A stretch of DNA of 64,000 nucleotides from Escherichia coli. GTDB taxonomy: Bacteria > Pseudomonadota > Gammaproteobacteria > Enterobacterales > Enterobacteriaceae. The notes under the pieces are model-generated. The model was not told the origin of the DNA and searched no databases. It was given only the letters and a program-made list of their open reading frames with translations. Shown piece by piece: positions 34,284 through 47,400 of this stretch. The translations under genes and the position numbers were made by a program. Location: the NCBI RefSeq assembly GCF_003018115.1, contig NZ_CP027457.1, one strand, 5' to 3'. Positions within the stretch are counted from its first letter, which is position 1; the number at the start of each line of letters is the position of its first letter.

Positions 34284-35018
34284 TTATGCTGCGACAACAA
34301 TCCCCTTTTCGGCAAATGCAGAGCGTAGTCGGCGGGCGAACGCCAGTGCGTGCTCGCCGTCGCCATGCAGGCAGACCGTTTGCGCCGTGACCGTTGCCCA
34401 TTCGCCGGTGATACTTTTGACTCTGCCGTGTTGCACCATCTCCAGCGTTTGCGCCAGCGCCTGTTCTTCGTTTTCAATCAACGCGCCTGACTGGCTTCGC
34501 GGCACCAGCGAGCCGTCAGCCTGATAACCGCGATCGGCAAACACTTCCTCGCGCGTTGTCAGACCATATTGCTTGCCTGCACGAATCAGCTCGCTTCCTG
34601 CCAGCCCGACGAGAATCAATGCCGGATCGCAAGCGTATACCGCTCTGGCGATGACGTCTGCCAGTTGTGCTTCTTTCGCCGCCTGGTTGTACAACATGCC
34701 GTGCGGTTTGACATGACGCATTACGCCGCCTTGCGCACGGGCAATCGTTGCCAGCGCGCCAATTTGATACAGCGTCTGGGCGTAAACGGTTTCTGGCGGC
34801 AGCTGCATAGCGCTGCGACCAAAATTTTCCCTGTCGGGAAAACTCGGATGAGCGCCAATCGCGACACCATTTTTTATTGCTTCACGCACGCAAGCCTGCA
34901 TGGTTTGCGCATCGCCTGCATGAAATCCACAGGCAATATTGGCAGAGGAAACCAGCGTTAATAGCTCTGCGTCACTGGTGCAGCCTTCGCCCAGATCGGC
35001 GTTCAGGTCAATTTTCAT
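34284..35018 (-). CDS. pxpA: 5-oxoprolinase subunit A (LamB/YcsF family), 244 aa
   Basis: [13 protein letters not shown]-terminus typical of LamB/YcsF; overlaps pxpC. Confidence 0.85.
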   Translation of the reverse strand: MKIDLNADLGEGCTSDAELLTLVSSANIACGFHAGDAQTMQACVREAIKNGVAIGAHPSFPDRENFGRSAMQLPPETVYAQTLYQIGALATIARAQGGVMRHVKPHGMLYNQAAKEAQLADVIARAVYACDPALILVGLAGSELIRAGKQYGLTTREEVFADRGYQADGSLVPRSQSGALIENEEQALAQTLEMVQHGRVKSITGEWATVTAQTVCLHGDGEHALAFARRLRSAFAEKGIVVAA

Positions 35019-35940
35019 TGTGCAGCCGCCACGCTAATTGTTCGAAATAACGTTGCTGATCTTGCCGCGCTTTCAGTGCCTCTTCCAGTGAACACTGGAC
35101 AAAATGAATCGGCTGACCGAGCGGAATTTGCGCCAGATGGTACATATCAGCCTCAATGATACAGGCAATACGCGGGTAACCACCGGTGGTCTGTGCGTCG
35201 TTCATCAACACAATGGGCTGCCCGTTATGTGGCACCTGCACCACGCCCGGTAACAAACCGTGAGATAACAGTTCGCGATCGGTGGTGCGTTTTAAAATTT
35301 GCCCCTGTAAGCGATAGCCCATGCGGTTACTTTGCGGGCTAAGCTGCCAGGGCGAACGCCAGAATGCATCCTGCGAGGCGCGATCGAACTCATGATATTC
35401 CGGCCCCGGCAAGGCGCGAATGCGGTTGCCCCACAGCAGCTGTTTAACGCCTTGCGCTTCCATAAAATCACGCTTCGCTTTGCCAATCGGGAGCCGGTCA
35501 CCATCCCTCAGTAAACGGCCTTCCAGCCCGCCAATCCCCACTTTGAGATCGGTGCTGCATGATCCCATTACCGGCGGAACATCAATACCACCCGCGACCG
35601 CCAGATAACTGCGCATCCCGTGCTGCGGGCGTTTAAGCGTTAAACGCTGGCCTGCTTTCATCGGCAATCGCCAGCCGGTCCAGACGGCATTATCATCCAG
35701 CCGCGCTTCGCAACCGGCACCCGTCAGAGCAAACCACCCATCAGTTTCGAACTCAACCGTTAACTGACCGAGCGTGATCTCCAGCGCGGGGGCATTGGCG
35801 TCATTACCCACCAGCAGGTTAGCAATGCGTAACGCAGGCATATCCAGTGCGCCGCAGTGGCTGATACCCGACTGGCGAAAACCGTGACGACCGCCATCTT
35901 GCACAGTGGTATACATGCCCGCACGAATAATCTTCAGCAT
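35008..35940 (-). CDS. pxpC: 5-oxoprolinase subunit C (allophanate hydrolase subunit 2-like), 310 aa
   Basis: Size and position between pxpB and pxpA; overlaps both neighbours. Confidence 0.85.
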
Positions 35941-36590
35941 ACTCCCTCCTTTTGCGGAACAAAGCGCACGCTGTCTCCCGGACGTAATAAGATGGGTTCG
36001 TCACGCGCCGGATCAAACAGGCTGAGTGAGGTATGACCAATCAACTGCCAGCCACCCGGCGTTGCCAGCGGATAAACACCAGTCTGAGGCCCGCCGATCC
36101 CGACAGAACCTGCCGGAACGAGCAAGCGCGGTTCAGCGCGCCGTGGCGTGTGTAGTTGTTCCGGCAAACTCCCGAGATACGGGAAGCCCGGTTGAAAACC
36201 TAAAAACCAGACCACGTATTCCACGGAGGAGTGCAATTCAACAACCTGTTTTTCGCTCAACCCGCAATGCGCCGCGACCACCGCCAAATCCGGTCCGCCT
36301 GCACCACCGTAAACCACCGGAATTTCAATAAAGCGAGACTCAGGTTCCAGGGCCTCGCTCTCCTCCCACCAGCGTTGCAAACGCTCTATGGCATCCAGCG
36401 CCAGCGACTCAGGATTACGCAAAATCACCGTGATATTGTTCATGCCGGGAATGGCTTCAACCACATTCGGCATATCCACCAGACGCTGCGCCAGTCGCCA
36501 GATCCGTTTCTGGCTAGCCAGCGTCACCGGCGGTTCCAGTTCCAGCACTACCGCCGTTTCACCTATCAGATAACAACGCGCTCGTTGCAC
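35934..36590 (-). CDS. pxpB: 5-oxoprolinase subunit B (allophanate hydrolase subunit 1-like), 218 aa
   Basis: Size and operon position. Confidence 0.85.
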
Positions 36591-36612
36591 TTTCGATCCC
36601 TCTGATTATTCG

Positions 36613-37356
36613 TTATGCAGGATTAGGAATATCAATAAAAGTCACATCAAGATCGGTATTTTCATTCAGCCACTCGCTCAATGCGCGAATACCACCACGT
36701 TCAGTGGCATGGTGACCTGCAGCATAAAAATGCAATCCCTGCTCGCGGGCTGAATGAATGGTCTGTTCAGAAACTTCGCCAGTAATAAAAGCATCCACGC
36801 CAAAACGCGCGGCGCTATCGATAAAACTTTGCCCGCCGCCCGTGCACCAGGCGACGCGCTGGACCACCTCAGGTCCGGTATCGCCACACCATAACGGCTT
36901 ACGTCCCAGACGCGCTTCAATCCAGGAAGCCAGCTCCAGTCCCGGCACAGGCATGGTCAGCTCTCCCCACGGCACCAACGGCTCAATTTCGCCCATGACC
37001 GTGATCCCCAGTAACGCCGCCAGCTGTGCGTTATTGCCCAGCTCAGGATGTGCGTCAAGCGGCAAATGCCAGCCATACAGGTTGATATCATTTGCCAGCA
37101 ACGTTTTTAAACGGTTACGCTTCATGCCGCGAATGACCGGAGATTCACCTTTCCAGAAGTAGCCATGATGCACAATGACCGCATCCGCGCCCAGACGCAC
37201 TGCCTCATCGAGCAAAGCCTGGCTGGCAGTGACACCGGTAACAATTTTTTGCACCGTCTCTTTGCCTTCCACCTGCAAACCATTCGGCGCGTAATCACTA
37301 ATCGCCGCGCTGTTCAGTTTTTCGTTAATCAGTTGTTCCAGTTCGGTGTTTTTCAT
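36613..37356 (-). CDS. ybgI: NIF3-family metal-binding protein, 247 aa
   Basis: Size and synteny upstream of pxpB; HHGYFWKG-type motif. Confidence 0.85.
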   Translation of the reverse strand: MKNTELEQLINEKLNSAAISDYAPNGLQVEGKETVQKIVTGVTASQALLDEAVRLGADAVIVHHGYFWKGESPVIRGMKRNRLKTLLANDINLYGWHLPLDAHPELGNNAQLAALLGITVMGEIEPLVPWGELTMPVPGLELASWIEARLGRKPLWCGDTGPEVVQRVAWCTGGGQSFIDSAARFGVDAFITGEVSEQTIHSAREQGLHFYAAGHHATERGGIRALSEWLNENTDLDVTFIDIPNPA

Positions 37357-37443
37357 CTTCGCGCCTTCCGTATTCTGATAGCTACACCGTTAACATAGCG
37401 TTACCTCGCCTGTTCGTCGATAGCCAATCTTTTGACATATTAA

Positions 37444-39108
<1,665 letters not shown>

Positions 39109-39119
39109 TAGGCCAGCAC

Positions 39120-39235
39120 CGATGCCTGATGCGACGCTTGACGCGTCTTATCAGGCCTACGTATTTCCTGCAATTTATTGAATTTGCACAAATTTGTAGG
39201 CTGGATAAGGCGTTCACGCCGCATCCGGCATCTGG
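39120..39235. repeat. REP units between dtpD and phr
   Basis: GCCTGATGCGACGCTTG...CGTCTTATCAGGCCTAC and GTAGGCTGGATAAGGCG...CGCATCCGGCA palindromes. Confidence 0.65.
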
Positions 39236-39257
39236 GCTCGATTGCCTGACGCGTCTG

Positions 39258-40676
39258 TTATTTCCCCTTCCGCGCCGCCTCATACGCTGCCAACGTTTGT
39301 ACTCTCGCCTCTTTGTGCTCGACTATCGGTTGCGGATAATCCAGCTTCACACCTGCTTTCTCAGCCCACTTCCACGGCTCATGCACCACTTTCCCTGGCA
39401 CATCGCGCAGTTCCGGTAGCCACTGGCGGATAAACTCGCCTTCGCGGTCAAATTTCTCGCCCTGGGTTGTCGGGTTGAAAATACGAAAATACGGCGCTGC
39501 ATCAGTACCCGTAGAAGCCGCCCACTGCCAGCCACCGTTATTGGCTGCCAAATCACCATCAATCAGCTGCGACATGAAATATCGCTCGCCTTCGCGCCAG
39601 TCGATCAATAAATCTTTCACCAGAAAACTGGCTGTAATCATCCGTAGCCGGTTATGCATCCAGCCAGTGCTATTAAGCTGACGCATGGCAGCATCGACAA
39701 TCGGGTATCCCGTTATGCCTTCCTGCCAGGCCTTTAAATGGGCGGGATTGCTTTGCCACTGTACACGATCCGTCCAGGCAATAAATGGACGATGTTTACA
39801 CAACGAGGGGTAATACGTCATCAGATGACGGTAGAACTCGCGCCAGATCAGCTCATTAAGCCAGACACTACCGGCCCCACCGTCCAGCGCCTGCGGCTGT
39901 TCCGCCAACAAGCGATGCAAACACTGGCGAGGCGATAACCCGCCCGTTGCCAGGCTGGCGGACAAACGACTGGTGCCTTCCACTGCCGGAAAATCTCGTT
40001 GTTGCTCATATTCTCCGGCACCGTTCTGGCAAAACTGGCGTAATTGCGCAATCGCCGCTTTTTCTTCCACCGGGAAATGCGCAGTATCGAAAGACTGACG
40101 AGGATAATTCAGCGTAATGGATGGCGCGGGCTTTATCGATCCGCTACTACGAACTTTTGGTGCAGCGACGCACTCCGGCATCCCTTCCCGCAGCCGTTTC
40201 AGCCAGGCATTCTTAAAAGGCGTAAAGACTTTGTACATCTCATGATTGCCGGTCATCACCGCGCCAGGCGGCAGGATCACGCTGTCATCAAATCCTTCAC
40301 ACACCACGTTACGCAGCGCTCTTTCAACTTCCACATCCCGCGCCCGCTCATTCACCTCATACTGATAGTTATAAAAAAGATGAGTAACGCTGTTTTCCGC
40401 GCACACCTGTTTAATTATTTCGACGCTGGCGGCAAAGTCATCCACTTCACGGAACAATAAAGGAATACCTTTTTCCGCCAGCGCGATTTGTAGCCCGTTC
40501 AGTTGAGCATTGATAAGTTCAGCCTGACGCGGCGACATATTATGCGCCGCCCACTGGCGTGGTGTAGCGATATACAACGCCAGCACGCGTGCAGACGAAT
40601 TGCGACAGGCGGCAGCCAGCGCGAGATTATCGTGCAGACGTAAATCCTGGCGAAACCAGACCAGATGAGTAGTCAT
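39258..40676 (-). CDS. phr: deoxyribodipyrimidine photolyase, 472 aa
   Basis: MTTHLVWFRQDLRLHDNLAL N-terminus and FAD-binding C-terminal half; overlaps the ybgA stop. Confidence 0.9.
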   Translation of the reverse strand: MTTHLVWFRQDLRLHDNLALAAACRNSSARVLALYIATPRQWAAHNMSPRQAELINAQLNGLQIALAEKGIPLLFREVDDFAASVEIIKQVCAENSVTHLFYNYQYEVNERARDVEVERALRNVVCEGFDDSVILPPGAVMTGNHEMYKVFTPFKNAWLKRLREGMPECVAAPKVRSSGSIKPAPSITLNYPRQSFDTAHFPVEEKAAIAQLRQFCQNGAGEYEQQRDFPAVEGTSRLSASLATGGLSPRQCLHRLLAEQPQALDGGAGSVWLNELIWREFYRHLMTYYPSLCKHRPFIAWTDRVQWQSNPAHLKAWQEGITGYPIVDAAMRQLNSTGWMHNRLRMITASFLVKDLLIDWREGERYFMSQLIDGDLAANNGGWQWAASTGTDAAPYFRIFNPTTQGEKFDREGEFIRQWLPELRDVPGKVVHEPWKWAEKAGVKLDYPQPIVEHKEARVQTLAAYEAARKGK

Positions 40677-41182
40677 AAAACTCCTGAATGGCGCAAGTTA
40701 ATCACACGCGGCCAAAGTTCGAAATAACGCTGCCCTGAAAGCCAGGCGTCAGGATAAAGCGCCATATAGTGTTTGATACGCATCAGCGGCGCAAGAAGCG
40801 GTTGCTCGCCACGGCGATAACTGTCGATAAGCGCTGCCAGCTGCTGGCGTTCTGTGGAATCAATATGCGGGCGAAAATAACCCTGAACGTGCATCAAAAC
40901 GTTGGTGTGATCGCGCGGGTTGGCGGGATGAGAAAGCAAAACAATTACGCGTTGGCGGTACTGGTTGTAAAAATCATCCAGATTTTGCCACTGGTGAATA
41001 TCAGCCACGAACGGGCCAAGTTTGCGGTATTCCGGCTGGGAATGAGCCAGAAAGACGAGTTTATAGCGGCTGTGATAATCGTTGAGCGCCCCGCGCGTTA
41101 AGCCATGTTCTTTCAGTCGATGTAACTCATGAAGGGCGAAGATACGGATTAGGGTGCTGTCATCAAATCGTTGCTGATTCAT
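40673..41182 (-). CDS. ybgA: DUF1722-family protein co-transcribed with phr, 169 aa
   Basis: Size and position immediately upstream of phr, with a 4-nt overlap. Confidence 0.85.
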   Translation of the reverse strand: MNQQRFDDSTLIRIFALHELHRLKEHGLTRGALNDYHSRYKLVFLAHSQPEYRKLGPFVADIHQWQNLDDFYNQYRQRVIVLLSHPANPRDHTNVLMHVQGYFRPHIDSTERQQLAALIDSYRRGEQPLLAPLMRIKHYMALYPDAWLSGQRYFELWPRVINLRHSGVL

Positions 41183-41355
41183 TACTGCTCCTGAACGGTT
41201 TACAGGAGTAAGTGTAGACGATGGTAAATGAATTTTGTGGGGTTATGCTTTCTTCCCTACCAAGCTGTTATATCCAGTTCAAAAACAATCATTTTACATC
41301 ATCATCAAAGCAGCGAATACTTGACCGATTGGTAGTACCGCTGCATATTTCACCA

Positions 41356-41613
41356 TCAATTATATTTTATAATTTGTTGTATTGCTGACTTTATATTGCC
41401 AATGACATCCTCATCATTAAATTCATTTAATATATTTTTTAGAATAGGATGTAGTTTAATATCACCTAAAATACCTGCCGAAATAATCACTTCATCAAAA
41501 ATTATGTTTTTTTGCAGTTCATAAATTATAGCAGTTATAACACGATTATCTTTTCTTTCTGCCAGTCCGCTTATAGCTTCAATTCTGGCACAATCATTCT
41601 TATCTGTCAGCAT
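41356..41613 (-). pseudogene. 85-codon ORF with HEAT-like repeat character; possible remnant of a gene disrupted by the adjacent H-repeat element
   Basis: Starts 13 nt after the H-repeat ORF stop, in a different frame, with no convincing RBS. Repeat-like AISGLAE.../ILGDIKLHPILKNIL pattern. Weak call. Confidence 0.25.
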
Positions 41614-41625
41614 TCCAGGGCAAGA

Positions 41626-42762
41626 TTACGAAAGCCCGCTCCCCGCAAGGACTGACGCCAGATAGTTTCTGTCCATGGCTGCTTTTCGCATCTTACGTCT
41701 TAACCCTGCCTTGAATACCTTATCATTCGTCAAAATATTAATAGCAATGTGCCGTATCCCTGAAAATAATTCTGCTGCATTTCCTCTTCTTATCTTGCAG
41801 TCGTCTTCATTCATTACCACGTCCAGACGCCAGTGCAGCTTATTCTCCACGTGCCAGTGGTTTCGGATTGCTGTGGCGAACTTCTCTGCGGTTAAATCAG
41901 CAGAACTGATATAATATCTGACCGTCATTTCTGGTTCTTTCTTTTGTTCTGCTATTATGGACCGAAAGGAGACTGCCACGCATAATTTCTTCAGCCCTTT
42001 CCATTCAAACGTGAAATCAATAAGTTCATAAGGGACATCGCAAACAATATGAAGACGGATCTCTTCTCTGCCGTGACTCTTTTCACTGATTGCGTAACTG
42101 TCATGCTCTGGATTATTTAATTCTTTCAGCGGAAATTTTTCCTCAAAGGCTTTATTTAGCCGCCCCTGGTTTCCTTTTACCGCGAATAAATAATCACCTC
42201 CCTGTTTTTGTATCTTCTCTGCAATATCTTTCTGGCAACCCATCGCATCAGTTGTGATGATTTTTCCTTTAATATCCAGCATGTTAAGAAGTTCTGGGAT
42301 AGCTGTAATCTCATTAGATTTCTCATCCGTCTTGATCTGTCCGATGACCAGACTGTGCATTGTTGAGAACGCACTAATGACATGAATCGCTCCCCTGCGG
42401 CGACTCTTGTCATAAGAGTGCCGGAGCGTTTTTCCATCAATTGCAATGACGTCTTTATCATCTGAAGAATGGCAGTCACGCATCCAGTTAATAAAGCACT
42501 CGTGAAATTTTGCAGGACTGATACAGGATACAACTCTGGCAATGGTATCGTGAACAGGAATACCATTTTCAAAATCACCATATTGCTTCAAAAAATCGAG
42601 ATGTGTTTCCCCAAAATCCTCTATATCTTCCCAGCCTTCTGCACCAGAAATAACGGCACAAATAGTCAACAGTAGAATATCAGATAATTTATGTTCCACT
42701 TTCCAGGCTTGTCTGTAATCAGGGATAAGAGAAATATGTTCCATCAATTTTTTAAGCTCCAT
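41626..42762 (-). mobile_element. H-repeat (ISAs1-family) transposase-like ORF, 378 aa, of the kind found beside Rhs elements
   Basis: [64 protein letters not shown] is the H-repeat protein N-terminus as I recall it; sits between ybgA and the Rhs locus. Confidence 0.85.
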
Positions 42763-43420
42763 TTTGTTCTCCTTAATTATGTAAGGAGTATTTGATCATG
42801 TATAAGCAATAAAAAACAGCTTCAGGTAATGAGGAATATCTCAATTTTTAAACATAAAATGCGAATTATTTAGTACAAAAAGTGAACTTCTGATGATCTT
42901 TCCCTGTGATTGCTTCCCGTTTCCCGATACGGCGGCGCGGGGAGTCATAAAGGTAAGAAATTTCCAGCAGTACGGCGTCCTATTGTTCACGGCGGTAATG
43001 CACCAGCCAGTATTGGCTATCGTAGTGATAACCGTGTAACCTGCCGCCGCATCGCGTATCTAATGTTCATTCTTTTCCATAAACCGTCCGTACACATTGT
43101 GATAGTAAAAATACAATACATCTTCGCTGATGCGGTTATTCTGCTGCATGTGGGAAGCGCCGAATACTGCTCCCGGTATGGCCAGTAATTACTATTTAGT
43201 ACGACGTTAGGGGGAGTCACTTAATCTCACAGATACTTCAAGTAACAGATGAAAATCGCTCCTGAAATGAAAAAAGAATTTTTTTTGAATGTGTTTCTGT
43301 CAAATCAAGTGGTTTTTTCGTCGATATGTAGAGTCATATTGTACACAAAATAGTTACGAAACACACCTTGGTAAAATATTTGAATCGACTGTACAGTGGA
43401 TTATTTTGTGTGTATTACAT

Positions 43421-43675
43421 TCAACACTTGCCCATCTTTTTCGCTATTAGTATTGTAAAATTTCCTCCTAACGTCTTCGGTTGTTTTCCCTCGATTTTCC
43501 AACAATTATTGTCATCTGTAATACTATATGGTTTCTGAAATTCTGCTTTTTCTTTCCCGTATACATATTTAATGTAAACATATGATAATTCCAAAGCCAT
43601 TTCACGACTATTTACTAAAATTTCCACAGGATTTTCTTTTCCAAATACTGAGTGTGATATTGTAAACAATATCAT
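43421..43675 (-). CDS. small hypothetical protein, 84 aa; candidate orphan immunity protein
   Basis: ORF directly downstream of a short toxin-like open frame (about 43712-43849, minus strand) in the Rhs-associated AT-rich region. No family recognised. Confidence 0.3.
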   Translation of the reverse strand: MILFTISHSVFGKENPVEILVNSREMALELSYVYIKYVYGKEKAEFQKPYSITDDNNCWKIEGKQPKTLGGNFTILIAKKMGKC

Positions 43676-43870
43676 AATAAGTAATATTAGTGAGTTTCTC
43701 GTGTTCTACACCTATCGAATCTCAAAAGTTGTGGGTAAAACATTACATTCAGAATATATGATATTCTTACCATCGGAATCCATTTTTCCAAATCGACCTT
43801 CTGGTGTACCTGGATATCCATTAAGAACATGTTTTTCCGAATGGTTAATTTATTTTCTCAGGAAGATGTT

Positions 43871-44440
43871 TTATTTTTCTTCACTACGAAGCAGTTCATG
43901 CTGTATTTTTGTTAAACATTCGTAAGACTCATCTTTGTTCGGGAGATGTGCTGTCATTCGAGCATAAGTTGGCTTCTCATCTTTAAAATATTTAACCATG
44001 ATTGAATTATCAAGGACTGCCAACAACTGAGCTGGATCACTGCTCTTTTTTTGATAGATACCCGCTCTTATATAACTTCTAAACCGATCGCCGAGAAACG
44101 CCGTTTTTTCTGCTGTATTTATCAACTCCTGCAACGTTCCTTTGATGGTATGATTTTCATTAAGGCGTAGTGACCCGACGCGAATTAAGAGTCTCGCCCC
44201 GCTTGGTGTGAATTTATTATTTTTACATGTGCCCAGTTCTGTTTGCCAATAATACTCACCGATGTCCTCATTCTGATACCATCTCCACATGGCTTTATTA
44301 TTTAAGACAGGAAACGCGGAAAAAATAGTACCCTTAGCGAAAATAGTAAAACAATCATGATCTTTAGCTTGTATTTCGCAATCAGCTATAACACCAAAAC
44401 TAACAAATATCATCAGCAAAAAGAACAAAACTCTTTTCAT
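43871..44440 (-). CDS. Rhs immunity candidate with a Sec signal peptide, 189 aa (YbfC-like)
   Basis: Starts inside the last codons of the Rhs gene (4-nt overlap). N-terminus [21 protein letters not shown] is a classical signal peptide with a V-I-A cleavage motif. Confidence 0.6.
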   Translation of the reverse strand: MKRVLFFLLMIFVSFGVIADCEIQAKDHDCFTIFAKGTIFSAFPVLNNKAMWRWYQNEDIGEYYWQTELGTCKNNKFTPSGARLLIRVGSLRLNENHTIKGTLQELINTAEKTAFLGDRFRSYIRAGIYQKKSSDPAQLLAVLDNSIMVKYFKDEKPTYARMTAHLPNKDESYECLTKIQHELLRSEEK

Positions 44441-47400
44441 TTTCTTATTCCTCTCGATGTTCTCTGTTTCATTTTAGCTAAAATTTCACCCAAATCATCT
44501 ATCCCTGCTGTTGCTGGCCCATCGGGTTTATTAATGTCTGGGAATAAATAGGGTTCTGCACAAGTATATCCTGGTGGTAATTGAGTTGTTGGCCAATTTG
44601 TCTGTGGCAGGTAATCACTTGCTGTCTTTGTATCCATCCCTGGATACTGGGGATCATCCTGTGGCGTACAAGTCAGATTTGGTTTTACCCACTTCCTGCA
44701 ATACAGTGTGTAGTCGTAAGGGCTTAATACTCTGAAGAATGTTTTGAAAACATTAGGCGCACTACTGGCCTGGTCAATAGGATATGGCAGTCTTAATTGT
44801 TTCGCTATGTCTGGCAATTTACTTGGATCGGGCGTAGGCGGTTTGTTGGGTCTCGCTCCATATCCGCCATTATTTAAGTGTCCATATTTTGATGCCAGTC
44901 CCATTGAATCTATATACTGAACCGGATTCAACGGATACTGATAAAAATTCCATCCCCCCTTCAGTCCAATCGGATCCTGAGTGATATATCGCCCCTGCAG
45001 CGGGTCATAATAGCGGTGGCGGTTGTAATACAGGCCGGACTCCTCATCATACTGCTGCCCCGGCAGGCGGATAAGCTGCTGCAGCTGATGCGGGTTCTCT
45101 TCATTCAGCAGGTTGCCCCACTCATCGTATTCTGCGCACCATTCTGTTGCCCCTTCCGTGCTGATAAGCACCAGCGGCAGGCCGCGATGGTCGCAGTGGT
45201 ACAGGTGAATTTTTCGCGCCGGCGTGTACACCGGGTCCAGCTGGTTTTGCATCTGCTTCACCGTCAGGCCGCACGATGCCAGCCAGCGGCGGCTTTCCTC
45301 ACTCACCCGGTCAGCCAGGATTTCACTTTCCAGCCGGTCGAGCATCTGCACCAGCACCGGCGGGAACACCACACTGCCACCGTCTTCGCCGCCGGACTGC
45401 TGAAGCGCATCCGCCAGGCTGCGGCGCTGCGTTTTCGCCAGCTCACCGGTGGCGGTTTCAACCCTGATGAGTGGCGTGAAGCTCCCCGGCTGATAAATCG
45501 TCTGGATGCGGGTTCTGTCGTTCTGTATTGTGGTCAGCCGGTCGCCGTCCCAGCCGTACCAGGTCACTTGCGGTTTCCGTGACAGCGACATCCAGCCCGT
45601 CAGGTCCCGTTCACGTCGCCACACCCGTTTTGCCACCCTGCGGCCCAGCGGGTCGTAAAGATAGCGACTTTCGACCAGCGGCTCTGCATATTGTGTCCGC
45701 GTGTAGTGCACCAGCCGGTGCTGACTGTCGTAATGGTACCGGTGGGTGCGCTCATCATCCGTGCGGATAACCCCTTCCGGGATGAGGTCGGTTTTCTCTG
45801 TCAGTCTGCCGTGACGGTCATACCGGTAAAGATAGTGCGCGTCACGGGCGATACGGTTATCCGGCCACATGCTGAGGGTGCTGTCCGGGTGCAGCTCCGG
45901 GTCGGGCAGGCGGTTACCTGCCGGGTCTGTGGCATACGGGATGCGGATATCCAGAGTTGAGGTGGTGGTGTGAACGCCGGTCAGCCTGCCGGTGGTGCTG
46001 TAGCTGTAACTCCGGGTATGGCGCGGGCTGCTGATGCGGATGAGTTCGCCGTTGTCGTTCCAGGTGTAATCGCGGTCATACTGCAGGCTGTTCAGGTGCT
46101 GACGCTGTAACTGCCCGGCAGGGGTGTAAGCGGTGGTGAGTTCATAACGGCCGAAGCTGCGCAGCGTTTCCCGGTGCAGGCGGTCGCGGGTGAAATCCAC
46201 CAGCGGTGTGTCGCCGAGCTTCATGCCTGCCAGGTAACCGCTGCCGTAGGCCAGCCATTCCACGGCGGGCAGGCTGTCCGGTATACAGCGGTTCGCCAGT
46301 CCCTGCGCGTTGTACGCATGTCTGGTCTCATGCTGCCAGAGCAGTGCTTCCGTCTGCGGGTGATGCACCGTCTGACGCTCACCGGTCAGCCGGCCTTTCT
46401 CATCATACCCGTAATGCACCGTCACCCGGTGCCCTTCGCTGATATGGCTGATGTCTGTCAGCCAGCCGCGTTCGTCGTACCGCCACCGCTCTGCGGTTTC
46501 ACCCTTCACGGTGCGCTGCGTGAGGCGGTCTGCTTCGTCATAGTGCCAGTGGGTGACCAGCCCCTCATCCTCGCTGCGGATAAGTTTGCCGGTCAGGTCG
46601 TGGTGATAACGCTGTGTGCGGCCGTCAAAGCCGGTTTCCTGTATCAGCCGGTCGAGTACATCGTAACGGAAGGTGGTGTGGCTGCCGTTTTCACTGGTCA
46701 GGCGGATGACCCGTCCGGCAGCATTGTATTCCATACTGCGCGTCAGACCGCCCTGCGTGGTACGGATGGCCTTTCCCCACGCATCGTACTGTGTCCCGTT
46801 TCTGCTGCCGTCCGGGGCAATGACGGCGGTCAGGTCACCGGCGATGTTGTATTCATACCGCATTTCATGGCCCTGCATGTCTTTCACCGCAATTAACTGT
46901 CCACGGCTGTCGTATGCACGGTACTGGCTCAGCCCTTCCTCGCGGTGCACCGCCGTCATCTGCCCGAAGCGGTCATGGTCATAACGGGTTACATAACCGG
47001 AACAGTCGGTGAAGCTCAGCAACTGGCCGTAACGGCTCCATGTCATGGTTTTCCGGCTGCCGGTGGCATCGTCCGTTGCGCAGGGTAAGTCACTGTGTGG
47101 ATTATCATAACGGTAGCGGGTGATATCGCCGTTGTGTGCAGTTTCCTGAATCAGACGGCCCAATTCATCATATTCCCGGCGTATTTCCAGCCCGTCTGGC
47201 CCGGTGGCTGACGTTAACTGGCTGTGGTGGTTATAGTAAAACGCCGATGCCCTGCCATCCGGCGTGGTGATGCGCGTGATGAGTCCCGTCACCACATCCG
47301 GGCTGTACTCAGTCGTCCGGCCTGCGGCATCCGTCTGTGCCTTAAGCCTGCCCACCGCGTCAAACTGACTCTGCGTGACGCTGCCGTCCGCGTGTTCCTT

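Noticed and set aside
42763-43420. Plus-strand 92-aa ORF (42910-43188) and minus-strand 67-aa ORF (43017-43220) between the H-repeat element and the orphan module
   Set aside because: They overlap each other and have no RBS or recognisable features. The region is more likely degenerate Rhs/H-repeat flanking sequence, though I could not exclude a short Rhs core remnant.
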